Below are positions 50,557-62,100 of a stretch of 64,000 bases of DNA, one piece after another. The translations under genes were made by a program, and so were the position numbers. The stretch is from Tubulanus polymorphus (Eukaryota > Animalia > Nemertea), in NCBI RefSeq assembly GCF_964204645.1, contig NC_134033.1:7510655-7574654 (forward strand), given 5' to 3'. The notes below the pieces were generated by a model. It was not told the origin of the DNA, did not search any database, and saw nothing but the letters and a program-made list of their open reading frames with translations. Each line of letters starts with the position of its first letter. Positions within the stretch are counted from its first letter, which is position 1.

Positions 50557-52339
50557 TGTACTGAATTGCTGATGACATTTTGGGTCTGAATCAGTGATAT
50601 TTAATGTAATTGATTGAACCATTTACGAGAGGTGCGGAACTGCACTTTTACCTGTGTTCGGTTATGAGTTCCGACCACTAGTAGACTAGCTACGAAAACC
50701 GAAGTTCGGCCAGACAGTCACAACGTCAACGTCGCCGTAGCGTAATCGTAGTAAATGAAATAACGGCCACACTAGAAATCAGTTTCGGGTTCAAGTTTTT
50801 TCTGTAATCTATCAATTTGAAGAACAAAACGTACCTCCTCGTTTTACCTAAACATCTAAAGATCCCAGTGGTCTATCATCAAAAGCAATCGAAGAGGTTT
50901 CAACAGTTGAAATCGATGAATATTGGCGACATTTTTTCATATATTTCGACCTCTCCCATCAGCGCCGCCATATTGGTTATTCTCTGACGTCATTACTGTC
51001 AATGACCAATCAACGAGGCGTATATGATACTATTTTTAGTAATGAATATTTCGGGGAAGCCCCGGAAGTGAGTGGGATGCATTGAACTTAAGCATATTTG
51101 GTGGACTTCCAAGATTATGTGAAAAACTACGGTCTAAGCTTCTTTAGGGATAGAAAAGAAATTTCCAAACCGATTTTTCGCACCTACTAAATCAGACCGG
51201 AGCCGACTGGAACAAACCGGAGCCGACCCGAAAACGTCCTCTAGTAGATTGGTCGCCTGTGATATTGTAAAGTCTTTTAGAGCTTACTTTTAATTCCAAA
51301 TAGGCCTAGCACTATAATCAATAATCATGTCCTAAAATGCATTTCAGTAGGCCCAGCAAAAGAAAGCGAAGTGACTAAATTTATAAAATCTTAACCTTAT
51401 TTTTTATATATTTTCAGATGAAAGGAAGCAAGAGAATTTTAAAAACCAATCAACAGACGAAATTGGAAAAGCTGCAACGAGTAGCTGGTCAAACCAACTT
51501 TGATTTTGTAAACGCCTAATTAATTTACCCTTACAACAATTAGATTAACAGACACATTTTGAATCTGCATTGATAATCGAAAATTCTAATAACTGTGTAA
51601 ATCTTAATAATAATTTTTCTCACCACAATTAACTTATATCCAAATTCCATAATTGCAAATTGGTTTAATTCAACACAAGATTTGTCCCTTTGATCCTCTG
51701 TTCCATTCTTATGTTATCTCACTCTATTACTTGTAGTCATTCAACTTGTATTCAATTTGTTTTGATTTTAGTATCCCCTAGATTGTCTCTATAATAATAT
51801 TTTTAAGATTTACACGTATCATTAATTAGTTTGCTCTTCTTTAGCTTTTAACTTTTTCTTAGATTTTTGTATCATTTCTGATTACTTTGTCTCAAAAGAA
51901 TATTGAAATATTGAATAAACTACTTCCTCAAAGAAAGATTTTATGACTAATTGTATTATCTTTTCGTTATTATTGTAGGATTCTTTTTATATTACTCTTT
52001 ATCCATCGACACCGGCGTTGGCCTTAAAACTTTGCCCATTGAGATTGACTTAGGAAAACAAACGAAAGTTACACTTCATATCCTCCCTATCTGGATACCT
52101 GTTGTCGCAATCTAGTGCCAACAACATTGCTTCTTGTAAACCATACTTGATAAAAATATAAACCCGATTACTCTTAAATCCACAATTTCGAAAAATAAAC
52201 ACCATTATATTCGGCCTACAGTACAGCTAAACTGCTGAGCTTGCCTGACTTCCGGGTTCATCAGTGCTCGAGTGTGACCTCGATTCATCGACAGTAACTA
52301 AAAATAGATCAGGTGCGCTGCGCTATTCTCCGCCACCTC

Positions 52340-52622
52340 TATCTTCAATTAGAGACCGGCCAAAGCTCAAACCCGATGCGCCGTATGAGCTCGATGCTTA
52401 TGCCATATTCTTGCGCGAGTGTCAGTTCGCTATAAATGTAATCGAAGCGTTGGCGACATTGGAGTATCCAGAGAATCTCCACCAACTCGTTATGAAATTA
52501 CCAAATAGGCTACATGATAGATGGCGCGGTATTGCATACGAAATACGAGAAAAGGGTGGCAAAGTCCGATTTTGTCACCTCGTTAATTTTGTTCATAAGG
52601 AAGCGCAAAAGATGAATGATCC
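52340..52622 (+). pseudogene. BEL/Pao LTR-retrotransposon gag fragment
   Basis: PENLHQLVMKLP...RWR...F.HLVNFV.KEA...NDP resembles Pao gag. It ends at the Gypsy LTR. Confidence 0.7.
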
Positions 52623-52762
52623 TGTGACGTCCAACTGATTAAACACGGACAATAGAGTTAGACAATACTACAAAGTCTCTTTATTCAGCCACGTAACTAC
52701 ATCCGGCCTACACTAGGTTACATAAACAACCTAACACTTATACACTGACGTATGACACTACA
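52623..52762 (-). repeat. Gypsy 3' LTR (140 bp) with PPT at 52763-52774
   Basis: Minus strand reads AAAAGGAGGGGT then TGTAGTGTC...GACGTCACA. AATAAA inside. Confidence 0.8.
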
Positions 52763-53091
52763 ACCCCTCCTTTTACCAGATTTTGAATGAACTTACAAAA
52801 CTAAAAACCTATAATACGAATAATTTGTATTTCCCGTTAACCACAAGTAACACCAGTCTAATCAAACTATATGGACATAAAATCAAAAACTACAAGTATC
52901 TAAATTAAACATTATTAAGTCCAAACACCGTTCTAGTGACTAAACTACTCCCGTAACCCAACTATCGATAAACTTATAACTTGACTTAGGGTCCTACTAA
53001 TTGGAACTTCATATAAGCAAATATCAAACTCAGACATCATCCAAAATTCCGTTAACTAATTGAGATACAGCTGCTACGAATTAATTCATCA

Positions 53092-56000
53092 CTACACGTA
53101 ATCTTTAAATCTAGCCGGTACGCGTACGTTTCGACCTGATCTCGTTTGTACCGGTTGATCGTCAGCTGGCAACTCCGAATCGAGCAAGCCAGAATCGGTG
53201 ACTATACCGTCGGGCCTGGACTCGATGTCAGAATCGGAATTAGATTTCTCGTCAGCATCATCCGCCTCTACGAATTTCTTTAGGTGAGCGGGATTTCTGA
53301 CGTACTGGTTACCGCTCTCAGATTGAACCGTTACGCCTTTATCGTCCCTGCTAACTACTACTAAGGTCTTATCCGCGTTACGCGTAGACAGTTTATTCTC
53401 TTTTCTCTGTTCGATCAATACGCGATCACCAAATTTCAGATCGCTTGGTTTAGCTCGACGACGCGTATCTGCGTAATCTTTGCCTTTTTGTCTCTCCTCC
53501 CTTATCGCGATCTCTGACGGCCTGATCTGAGACATATTCTCGATCGCCGAACTCAGGCAATTTCGTATGGATTTCCCGGCCAAACATAATCTTGGACGGC
53601 GATACACCGGTCGTTTCTCGCGGAGTGGAGTGGTAAGCTAATAAGAACTTATACAGTTCTCCCTGCCAGTCCTTGCCCTCCGCTTGCGCAATCCGCATGC
53701 TCTTTAGTAATGTCCTATTTTGCCGTTCTATCTCCCCATTAGCCTGTGGCCAGATGGGGGGGGGGGGTGGCTTAACCTGTGCTCGATATTATTCTCGGCC
53801 AGGTAATGTTCGAATTCTTCCGAGATGAATTGTTCATCTCCCGTTGTCAGTTTTCAGCGACCTTGGTAACCCAAATGCTGCGAATATCTTATCTAAACAA
53901 CGTATTATCTCGCGGGACCTATATCGGCTATAATAATCGATAATTGCCAATACGTATTCCCCTCCCGGCATCGGACCAAGGAGGTCTGCGGCGGTATCCT
54001 GCCACGGCCCAGCCGGCAGCTCGTACCTTTTCATCGGTTCCGGTCTAGACGGCAGACTAACAAGTTGGCAACCCCGGCATGGGTTCACAACTTTCTCTGC
54101 ATCACGATCTATGCCCGGCCACCATACTTTCGCTCTCAACCGACGCTTCGTTTTCACGATTCCTTGATGGCCCTCACGACACGTTTCAGTAGTGATTCGG
54201 GGATAACGATACGGCAGCCCCGTAAGATCATGTTATCGACAGCGCAAAGTTCAGCCCGAACGTTCTTATACCCCGGCGGACAGTCGTGCCACTTATCCGT
54301 CTCGATGCACTCTCTGACGATTCGTAGCTTCTCGTCAGACTCAGATGCTCTGCCGATCTCTGAAACCTTCAGCGCGAATGGCGTAGCGTGAGCTACGATG
54401 AACCGCACATACTCCTCGCCCATATTGTCGTCGTTTCCGTCCGACGGATTAATTAGCCGCGACAGCGCGTCTGCGGCCATTTCTTTACCGGGAATATGCT
54501 TGACGGTGAAGTCATAGGGTTGCAAACGTAATACCCACCTCTCAATCCGCGCGCATGGTTTAGACCTTGGCGAATAAATGAAAGTCAGAGGTTTATGATC
54601 CGTAACGATATCGAACCGTATACCGTAAAGAAACGTGTGGAATCTCTCACATGCCCACACGATTCCCAGCGCCTCTCTCTCCGTTTGCGAATAACGCCTC
54701 TCAACCTGAGATAGGCTGCGATTTGCATAATACACGACGCGTTATACCTTGTCCTGCGTTTGCACTAACATTGCCCCCAGACCGACTGGGCTGGCGTCGA
54801 CTATAATTTCAGTCGGGGCGCCCTTTTCGAAATACGCTAGTGTATCTGCTTTACCGAGCTCTAGTTTCAGCTTACCAAACGCACGGTCGTGTTCTTTACC
54901 CCAGTGGAACGATACGCCGTTTCGGGTGAGCTGTCTCAACGGATCCGCGATTGTCGACAAATTATTGATGAATCGACTACTGAAATTCACCAAGCCCAGG
55001 AAGCTCCGGACTTCAGATGCGGAATTCGGCTTCCTTGCCTCGAGAACAGCTTTCACGCGATCTTTTGTCGGAGATATACCATTGGCTCCGAGAATATGAC
55101 CAACATACTCTATCTCAGGTAAACGTATGTGGCATTTCGGCAGATTCACAGTGAGTCCGTTTTTTTGCTAAAGTTTGCAGCACTTTGATAAGACGAGCGT
55201 CGTGCTCATCGTCCCCTTTCCCGTGAATAATCAAGTCATCTGAAATGTTCGCGACGCCCGGACAATCAGCAAGAACCTGCTTAACGACATGTTGGAAGAG
55301 TTCCGGGGCTGAACTTATACCGAACATAAGTCTTTTATAACGGAAAAGACCAAGATGACATGAAAACGTTGTTATACTGCGCGATTCCTCTTCAAGTTCT
55401 AACTGGTGAAATCCACTCTTCAGATCTATCTTACTAAAGACAGTACTACCTTTCATGCTCTGAATTACCTCGTCAACCGTCGGAATCGGGTGACGCTCAC
55501 GTATGACGGCTGTGTTTGCTTGCCGCATATCTACACAGACGCGAACATCCCCCGACGGTTTCGGCGCAATTACAAGTGGAGAGACCCAGGGCGTCGGTCC
55601 TTCCACCTTTTCGATTATGTCTTCCTCAAGGAGCTGATTAATCTTTGTTTCTAATCTGTCACGCAAGGCGAATGGAATTCTCCGAGAATTCTGCGCTACC
55701 GGTTTGATATTCTCATCCACATTGATTTTAGCTTGGTAGCCCTTTAGTTTACCGACCCCCAAACAAATTTCAGGATATCGTTTCTCAATATCGCTTATCG
55801 TTATTAATTGTATTAATGCCCAATCCGACCTTGAGAACGCCCAGTTTCTCAGCAGTAGATTTTCCAATCAGCGATCTACCTTTACCGCTAATAACGAGGA
55901 ACTCCCCCTCCACAGAACGGTCGCCAACTCCGAGGGTTGTGACGAATTTACCGACTGTAGATAACGGTTCTACTGAGCCGTATGGGTAGAGTTTTTTCGA

Positions 56001-56737
56001 TACCCGCACCGCAGTGCAGCTGATTTTCTGTTTTTTCAAATAATTCTACGTATCAGAGTCAATCACATTCACGGTTGAACCCGAGTCAACCAACGCTCGT
56101 ATAATTATACCGCCTACTTTTAAATCGATGACGCCATCGCGCATCTCGTGACGCAACGAAAACAAGCTCTCTCCGACTGTGAATGGATATTCGGCCTCGT
56201 CATCGGAATCTCCCGCCACTGCGTTTGTTTTGTTTCTGTGTCTCGGCTCCCGGCCACCAGTGAACTTACTCTTACAGCATTTTGCGAAGTGACCCACTTT
56301 TCCACATTTCTTGCAGGAAGCTGACTGAGCAGGACATGATTTATCTTTTGAAATATGTCCCTGTTTCCCGCAACGGTAACACGTAATATCTGTCTTCGCG
56401 CCAGAACGATAATTTCTACTGTAAACATTCGGCTTCGGTTTCCTCCTATCGACCTGATTAACCTCACTTCTCGGTTTAACTTCCTCCATCTGCCTAGACT
56501 GTATATCGACGGCTTCCATAGCTCTGGCTAGACTGAAAACAGTATTCAAATCGAGGGCTTCGCCTTTCTGAAGAAGTTTCCTTCGTAGCTGCGAGGACCT
56601 ACATGATTCAACGACATGATCGCAAATCTGTTCCTCCTCGTCGGCAAGCTTACAGTTTTTCGCCTGATTGCGTAATCTGGCAACAAACTGGTCTACCGTT
56701 TCCGAACCCTCCTGTTTCAGGGAACGAAAAATGTGTC
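53092..56737 (-). pseudogene. pol: Gypsy gag-pol, disrupted
   Basis: Two CCHC knuckles, protease LVDSGS, RT (WVSPLV, FSKIDLKSGFHQL, ISDD), RNase H (IVDAS, TDHKPL), integrase (DLLGP, IDYYSR, TDNG). Split into at least 8 ORFs by stops and frameshifts. Confidence 0.92.
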
Positions 56738-56763
56738 ATGTAGGCCAACGATAACACGAAACG

Positions 56764-57387
56764 TTGTATGTTGATAGTAATGAAAGTAATAGTAATTCTG
56801 CTGAAGTTGAACCTGAAGTTATTTGGAAAAGACCTTTCTTATTCTATGATAAGGATAATATAAAAGATCATTTCTGCGAGCCTTGTCGAGTAAAATATAG
56901 CCCTGAAAATATAGAAGATTGGGAGAATCATCAATTTCGTAAAGTACATATAGATAAAATTTCTAATAAATTTGAAACTGAATTCAATGAAAGAAAAAAT
57001 AATTTATTAGGAAAAATAAAATATGAGAAAACGTTACCAGATAATAAAGAAACAGTTGAAAAGTTAGAAAAACAATATAATGAATTAACAAGAAAAACAT
57101 ATAATTGTAAATATTGTAAATTGATTATTACAACAAGTAATTCAAATCTACATAATAGAACAATAAAACATAAAGAAAACGTAAGAAAATACCAGGAGCT
57201 TAATGAAGATCTATTACCAATAAATTATAAACGAAAATGTCCACAATGTAGTTATGCGACCTTAAGACAAGAAGGTACTGTGTTATTTTGTGTTGATTGT
57301 GGATGGCAAAAGAATTTATGGGGTGAAGAAAAAACTAGAAATTTTCTCATAGAACCAAAATTAAATTATCTAGATGAAATTTTTTAA
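56764..57387 (+). CDS. Zinc-finger protein of the virus-like fragment (probably 5'-truncated)
   Basis: 207-codon open frame with CxxC...H...H twice (CEPC, CKYC) and a C4 ribbon (CPQC...CVDC). Confidence 0.55.
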   Translation: MYVDSNESNSNSAEVEPEVIWKRPFLFYDKDNIKDHFCEPCRVKYSPENIEDWENHQFRKVHIDKISNKFETEFNERKNNLLGKIKYEKTLPDNKETVEKLEKQYNELTRKTYNCKYCKLIITTSNSNLHNRTIKHKENVRKYQELNEDLLPINYKRKCPQCSYATLRQEGTVLFCVDCGWQKNLWGEEKTRNFLIEPKLNYLDEIF

Positions 57388-57580
57388 ATATTTTCTATAG
57401 AAGATCATACACCAGAATATATGCAATGGCTTGAAAAAATGAAAATAATAGAAAATAAAAATGGTGAAATAACTAAAAAAGATATTATAAAAACAATTAT
57501 TCCGTCAACATTTAACACAAAACAAAAGAAAATGTATTTATATTTATTATTATGAAAAACCTAAATTAACAGAAGAAGAT

Positions 57581-57763
57581 ATGGAAAATATAAAAAAAAT
57601 ATTCAAACAAATATTAATGTATCATTTGGAAAATAGAATAACAGATTCAATTAATTATGAATTCTTTTTAAATAAGATTGTAAATTATTTAAACATCGAT
57701 ATTATAATTCCATTTGACGAATTAACAAACAAAAAGAAACAAAGAAAGCGAGATAAAATGTGA
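57581..57763 (+). CDS. Small hypothetical protein of the virus-like fragment
   Basis: 60-aa ATG ORF within a run of short same-strand ORFs. Confidence 0.3.
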   Translation: MENIKKIFKQILMYHLENRITDSINYEFFLNKIVNYLNIDIIIPFDELTNKKKQRKRDKM

Positions 57764-57891
57764 TACAAGATAGAACTTTATTTAAATGAGAAAAATGAAA
57801 TGGAAGAACCTAAACAAATTATACAAGAACAATTAAATGAAAATGAAGAAGCCACGAGTGATTTCGAGTATGATGATATTGATTTTATGTT

Positions 57892-58343
57892 TTAATAACC
57901 ATAAGGTAATGTTTTTATACCATCATCTAAAATACGCCTTCATCAAATGGATTCAAACTAGTTTTTTCAACTTCATTAATGTACATCTCGTGATCTTCTG
58001 ATCTTAAACAATTCATTTTAAGTTTCATTACAATTGATTTATATAAACACTTTATATAATCTTGAAATTCTATATGTTTATCAACCACATGTTTTGTTAT
58101 TCCTTTTAACTTTTTAGCTTCATGATCTTTTGTTCTGTAACTATACATTTTACTTCTTATCCCAACAAATTCAATCATTTCATCACCCCCTAATTCATCT
58201 TTAAATTTACCAGGAATCTTTTTATTATCATTGCTAAATAGTTCATGATCTTTGGGATAATTGCTAAAATCAAAATGATGTTTTAATGTTTTTAAGTCTT
58301 TTGTTATGTCATTTGTCTTGATTTTTAGTATGTAACTGTCAGT
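57892..58343 (-). pseudogene. polB: Family B DNA polymerase (Polinton-type pPolB) C-terminal palm/thumb fragment
   Basis: TDS...FDFSNYPKDH.LF...NKKIPGKFKDE.GG...EFVGIRSKMYS...KLKGI...LRS..H...KTSLNPFD, then after a frameshift RILDDGIKTLPYGY-stop. Confidence 0.88.
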
Positions 58344-58508
58344 ATTTTTTTGGATTAATGGGAACCCAGAATTGAATGTTCCATCATCTGTTGATAAATC
58401 ATAAACATAGTCAGTTGGGTTATATATTTCAAATAAATCTTTAACTTCTTCTGTAAATTCTTTTTCTACATGCCTTAAATTAAAACAATTTGGTTTAGAT
58501 TTAATTAA
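58344..58508 (-). other. C-terminal part of an intein (blocks F/G), in frame with the polymerase
   Basis: LIKSKPNCFNLRHVEKEFTEEVKDLFEIYNPTDYVYDLSTDDGTFNSGFPLIQKN, followed directly by extein TDS. Confidence 0.8.
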
Positions 58509-58690
58509 TTAGGGTTTTCTGTTACATCACAGAAAACCCTATTGAGATTCGCGTGTTTCTTATTATTAGGGTTTTCTGTTACATCACAGAAAACCCTATT
58601 GAGATTCGCGTGTTTCTTATTATTAGGGTTTTCTGTTATTTCACAGAAAACCCTATTGATATCCGCGTGATTATTATTATTATTATTTTC
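58509..58690 (+). repeat. Three 57-bp tandem units, each with a 13-bp hairpin, followed by (TTA)n; likely a HINE-type terminus
   Basis: tagggttttctgt-N6-acagaaaacccta at 58510, 58567 and 58624. Confidence 0.85.
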
Positions 58691-59165
58691 TTCCACACTA
58701 TTTTTACCAAAAGAACATAGGCTTTGTTACCTTACCGCTGTTTCATATACAATCCATATAATATCGTTCAGCTCACTGAGATCTACAAATAGCCCGCGTG
58801 TTTTTTCACGAATCATCGTTACAAAAGCGCTGTCGGGCCGTAAACATCGACAATTTAGCCCCATTCAATGGGGCGACATGTTTTTCGAGTCGTCATCCCG
58901 AGATCAACCCGCAGGCCGACTGTCACTTCGATTATCAATTCAAGTATAAATGAACTAATTTATTGCCGCAGACTTCAAATTCAGTCGCGGTCTTCAAACA
59001 GTGATTTTAACAATAGCCCATTTTCCTCATCAAATCATATTACCGATACACTGGAAGTTGACTACTTTAGATTTTAAAAGCACTGTCGAGCCGTAAACAT
59101 CGACGAATCGACGTGTGTCACTACATCGTCGTTCCGGAGATCAGCTGCGAGTTTCTCCTCATCAT

Positions 59166-62100
59166 GAGAATCAAATCGAGTACAAATTAATTTATTACTA
59201 CCAGTGATTTGGCTGCGGGTTTCAAGGAGTTAGTATAACAATACCTATTTTTCTTTACCGAATTAACCGTGTATTTACTAAGATAAATCTTTAGTGTACC
59301 GGGGAATCGTAGGCCTAAACTAAACACGCCGAAGAGATATAGCGGAGAAAAGCTGTTATGTCGACGAGGTATCAAAATAAAAGAATATATTACTTTTTTC
59401 GGCCGCGGCCCTCTTTATCAATACCATCAATACTCTATATTTCCTACAATACATACCGATCATATTCAAATGCACAAGGTATTTACTAAATACAAGTATA
59501 TAACACACTCCTATCCGTATGCTGGACTCACACTTGACATTCGGAGTAAGCGTTCGCTGTGGGGGAAAGGGATCGTTCGCTGTGTCGCTTGTAGTGTTTA
59601 TCGAGTTTTAGGCGACCTTAAAGCTTTAGTATGGTGGCTGATAAGATAAATAACACGAATATGCAAATAAGGGCGACATTACGACAAAACTAAAATAACG
59701 CGAGAAAACAATGATTTTGATTTTGTCGCCCGCGACAATACATTATTTTGGTTTTATCGCCCACGACAATTCATTACTTTAGTTTTATCGCCAGCGACAA
59801 TGCATTATTTTGGTTTTGTCGCCCGCAACAATTCATTATTTTGGTTTTATATTTAGTTTTTGTCGCCCGCGAAATTTTTCTTTTTTGGTTTTGTCGCCCG
59901 CGACAATTCAATATTTTGATTTTATCGCCCGCGATAATTCATTATTTTGGTTTTGTCTCCCGCGACAATTCATTATTTTGGTTTTGTCGCCTGCGACAAT
60001 TCAATATTTTGGTTTTGTCGCCCGCGACAATTCATTATTTTGGTTTTATCAACCGTGAGAATTCAATATTTTGGTTTTATCGCCCGCGATAATTCATTAT
60101 TTTGGTTTTATCGCCCACGACAATTCATTATTTTTGTTTTGTCGCCCGAGACAATTCATTATTTTAGTTTTATCGCCCACGACAATTCATTATTTTGGTT
60201 TTATCGCCCGCGACAATTCACCATTTTGATCTTGTCGCCTGGACAATTCACCATTTTGGTTTTGTCGCCCGCGACAATTCATTATTTTGGTTTTGTCGCC
60301 CCGACAATTCTTTTTTTGGTTTTGTTGCCGCGACAATTCTTTTTTTGGTTTTGTTGCCGCGACAATTCATTAATTTGGTTTTGTCGCCCGCGACAATTCA
60401 TTATTTTGGTTTTATCGCCCACGACAATTCATTACTTTGGTTTTATCTCCAGCGACAATTCATTACGGGCTATTGTGTTCACTTTTCGTCCTTCCGTCCG
60501 TCCATAGACGGAATCCAGTTATTTTGGGAAGTTTTGAAGACGCTTCAAGGTAATGTCTTGATATTTGGTTTATACATGTACCTACCCTAGACACATCGTC
60601 AGCCCAAAAACTGGCATTCTGAGAATCAAATCGAGTACAAATTAATTTATTACTACCAGTGATTTGGCTGCGGGCGTCAAGCAGTTAATTTAGTTTTACT
60701 AAGATAAATCATAAGTGTACCGGGGAGTCGTAGCGTGGAGTCGTAGGCCTAAACTAAACACGCCGAAGAGATATAGCGGAGAAAAGCTGTTATGTCGACG
60801 AGGTATCAAAATAAAACAATATATTACTTTATTCGGCCGCGGCCCTCTATATCAATACCATCAATACTCTATATTTCCTACAGTACATACCGATCATTGT
60901 CAAATCCACAAGGTATTTACTAAATACAAGTATATAACACACTCCTATCCGTATGCTGGACTCATACTTGACATTCGGAGTAAGTGTTCGCTGTGGGGGA
61001 AAGGAGATCGTTCGCTGTGTCGCTTGAAGTGTTTATCGAGTTTTACGCGACCTTAAAGCTTTAGTATGGTGGCTGATAAGATAAAAAAACACGAATATGC
61101 AAATGAGGGCGACATTACGACAAAACTAAAATAACGCAAGAAAACAATGATTTTGATTTTGTCGCCCGCGACAATTCATTATTTTGGTTTTATCGCCCAC
61201 GACAATTCATTACTTTGGTTTTATCGCCAGCGACAATGCATTATTTTGGTTTTGTCGCCTTCGACAATTCATTATTTTGGTTTTATATTTTGTTTTTGTC
61301 GCCCGCGACAATTTTCTTTTTTGGTGTTGTCGCCCGCGACAATTCAATATTTTGGTTTTATCGCCTGCGACAATTAAATATTTTGGTTTTATCGCCCGCG
61401 ATAATTCATTATTTTGGTTTTGTAGCGTGAGAAAATTCATTATCTTGGTTTTATCGCCCGCGACAATTCATTATTACTGTTTTATCGCCCGTGACAATTC
61501 GTTATTTTGGTTTTGTCGCCCGCGACAATTTTTTTTGGTTTTGTCGCCTGCGACAATTCAATATTTTGGTTTTGTTGCCCGCGACAATTCATTATTTTGG
61601 TTTTATCGCCCGCGACAATTCAATATTTTGGTTTTATCGCCCACAATAATTCATTATTTTGGTTTTATCGCCCGCGACAATTCATTATTTTGGTTTTGTC
61701 GCCCCGACAATTCATTATTTTGGTTTTATCGCCCGAGACAATTCATTATTTTGGTTTTATCGCCCGCGACAATTCAATATTTTTGTTTTATCGCCCGCGA
61801 CAATTCATTATTTTTGTTTTGTCGCCCGAGACAATTCATTATTTTAGTTTTATCGCCCGCGACAATTCATTATTTTGGTTTTATCGCCCGCGACAATTCA
61901 CCATTTTGATCTTGTCGCCTGGACAATTCACCATTTTGGTTTTGTCGCCCGCGACAATTCATTATTTTGGTTTTGTCGCCCCGACAATTCTTTTTTTGGT
62001 TTTGTTGCCGCGACAATTCTTTTTTTGGTTTTGTTGCCGCGACAATTCATTAATTTGGTTTTGTCGCCCGCGACAATTCAATATTTTGGTTTTATCGCCC

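Larger units (their letters stand above)
52623..56737 (-). mobile_element. Ty3/Gypsy LTR retrotransposon (Mag-like), 5'-truncated and decayed
   Basis: gag-PR-RT-RNaseH-IN order, PPT and 3' LTR present. 5' LTR absent. Confidence 0.93.
56764..58508. mobile_element. Polinton/Maverick (adintovirus-like) fragment
   Basis: Very AT-rich, intronless, densely packed ORFs converging on a protein-primed-type PolB C-terminus. Confidence 0.75.

Noticed and set aside
53755-53768. Poly-G tract in the integrase region as a programmed frameshift or G-quadruplex
   Set aside because: More simply a homopolymer expansion or sequencing error in an already decayed element.
54065-55654. Plus-strand ORFs inside the Gypsy element
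   Set aside because: Antisense shadows of pol with no recognisable motifs.
58344-58346. NTDS as a simple D-to-N mutation of DTDS
   Set aside because: The 50 residues upstream do not resemble the usual polymerase context (L-Y-x-D) and instead fit intein blocks F/G.
58344-58508. Hedgehog/Hint host gene as the source of the intein-like motif
   Set aside because: It is fused in frame to a polymerase at the catalytic motif with a terminal Asn and +1 Thr, which fits a true intein rather than a Hog domain.
58505-58696. ORF with a 19-aa repeat as the N-terminus of the polymerase or intein
   Set aside because: Different frame, ends in a stop, and is just the translation of the 57-bp hairpin repeat.
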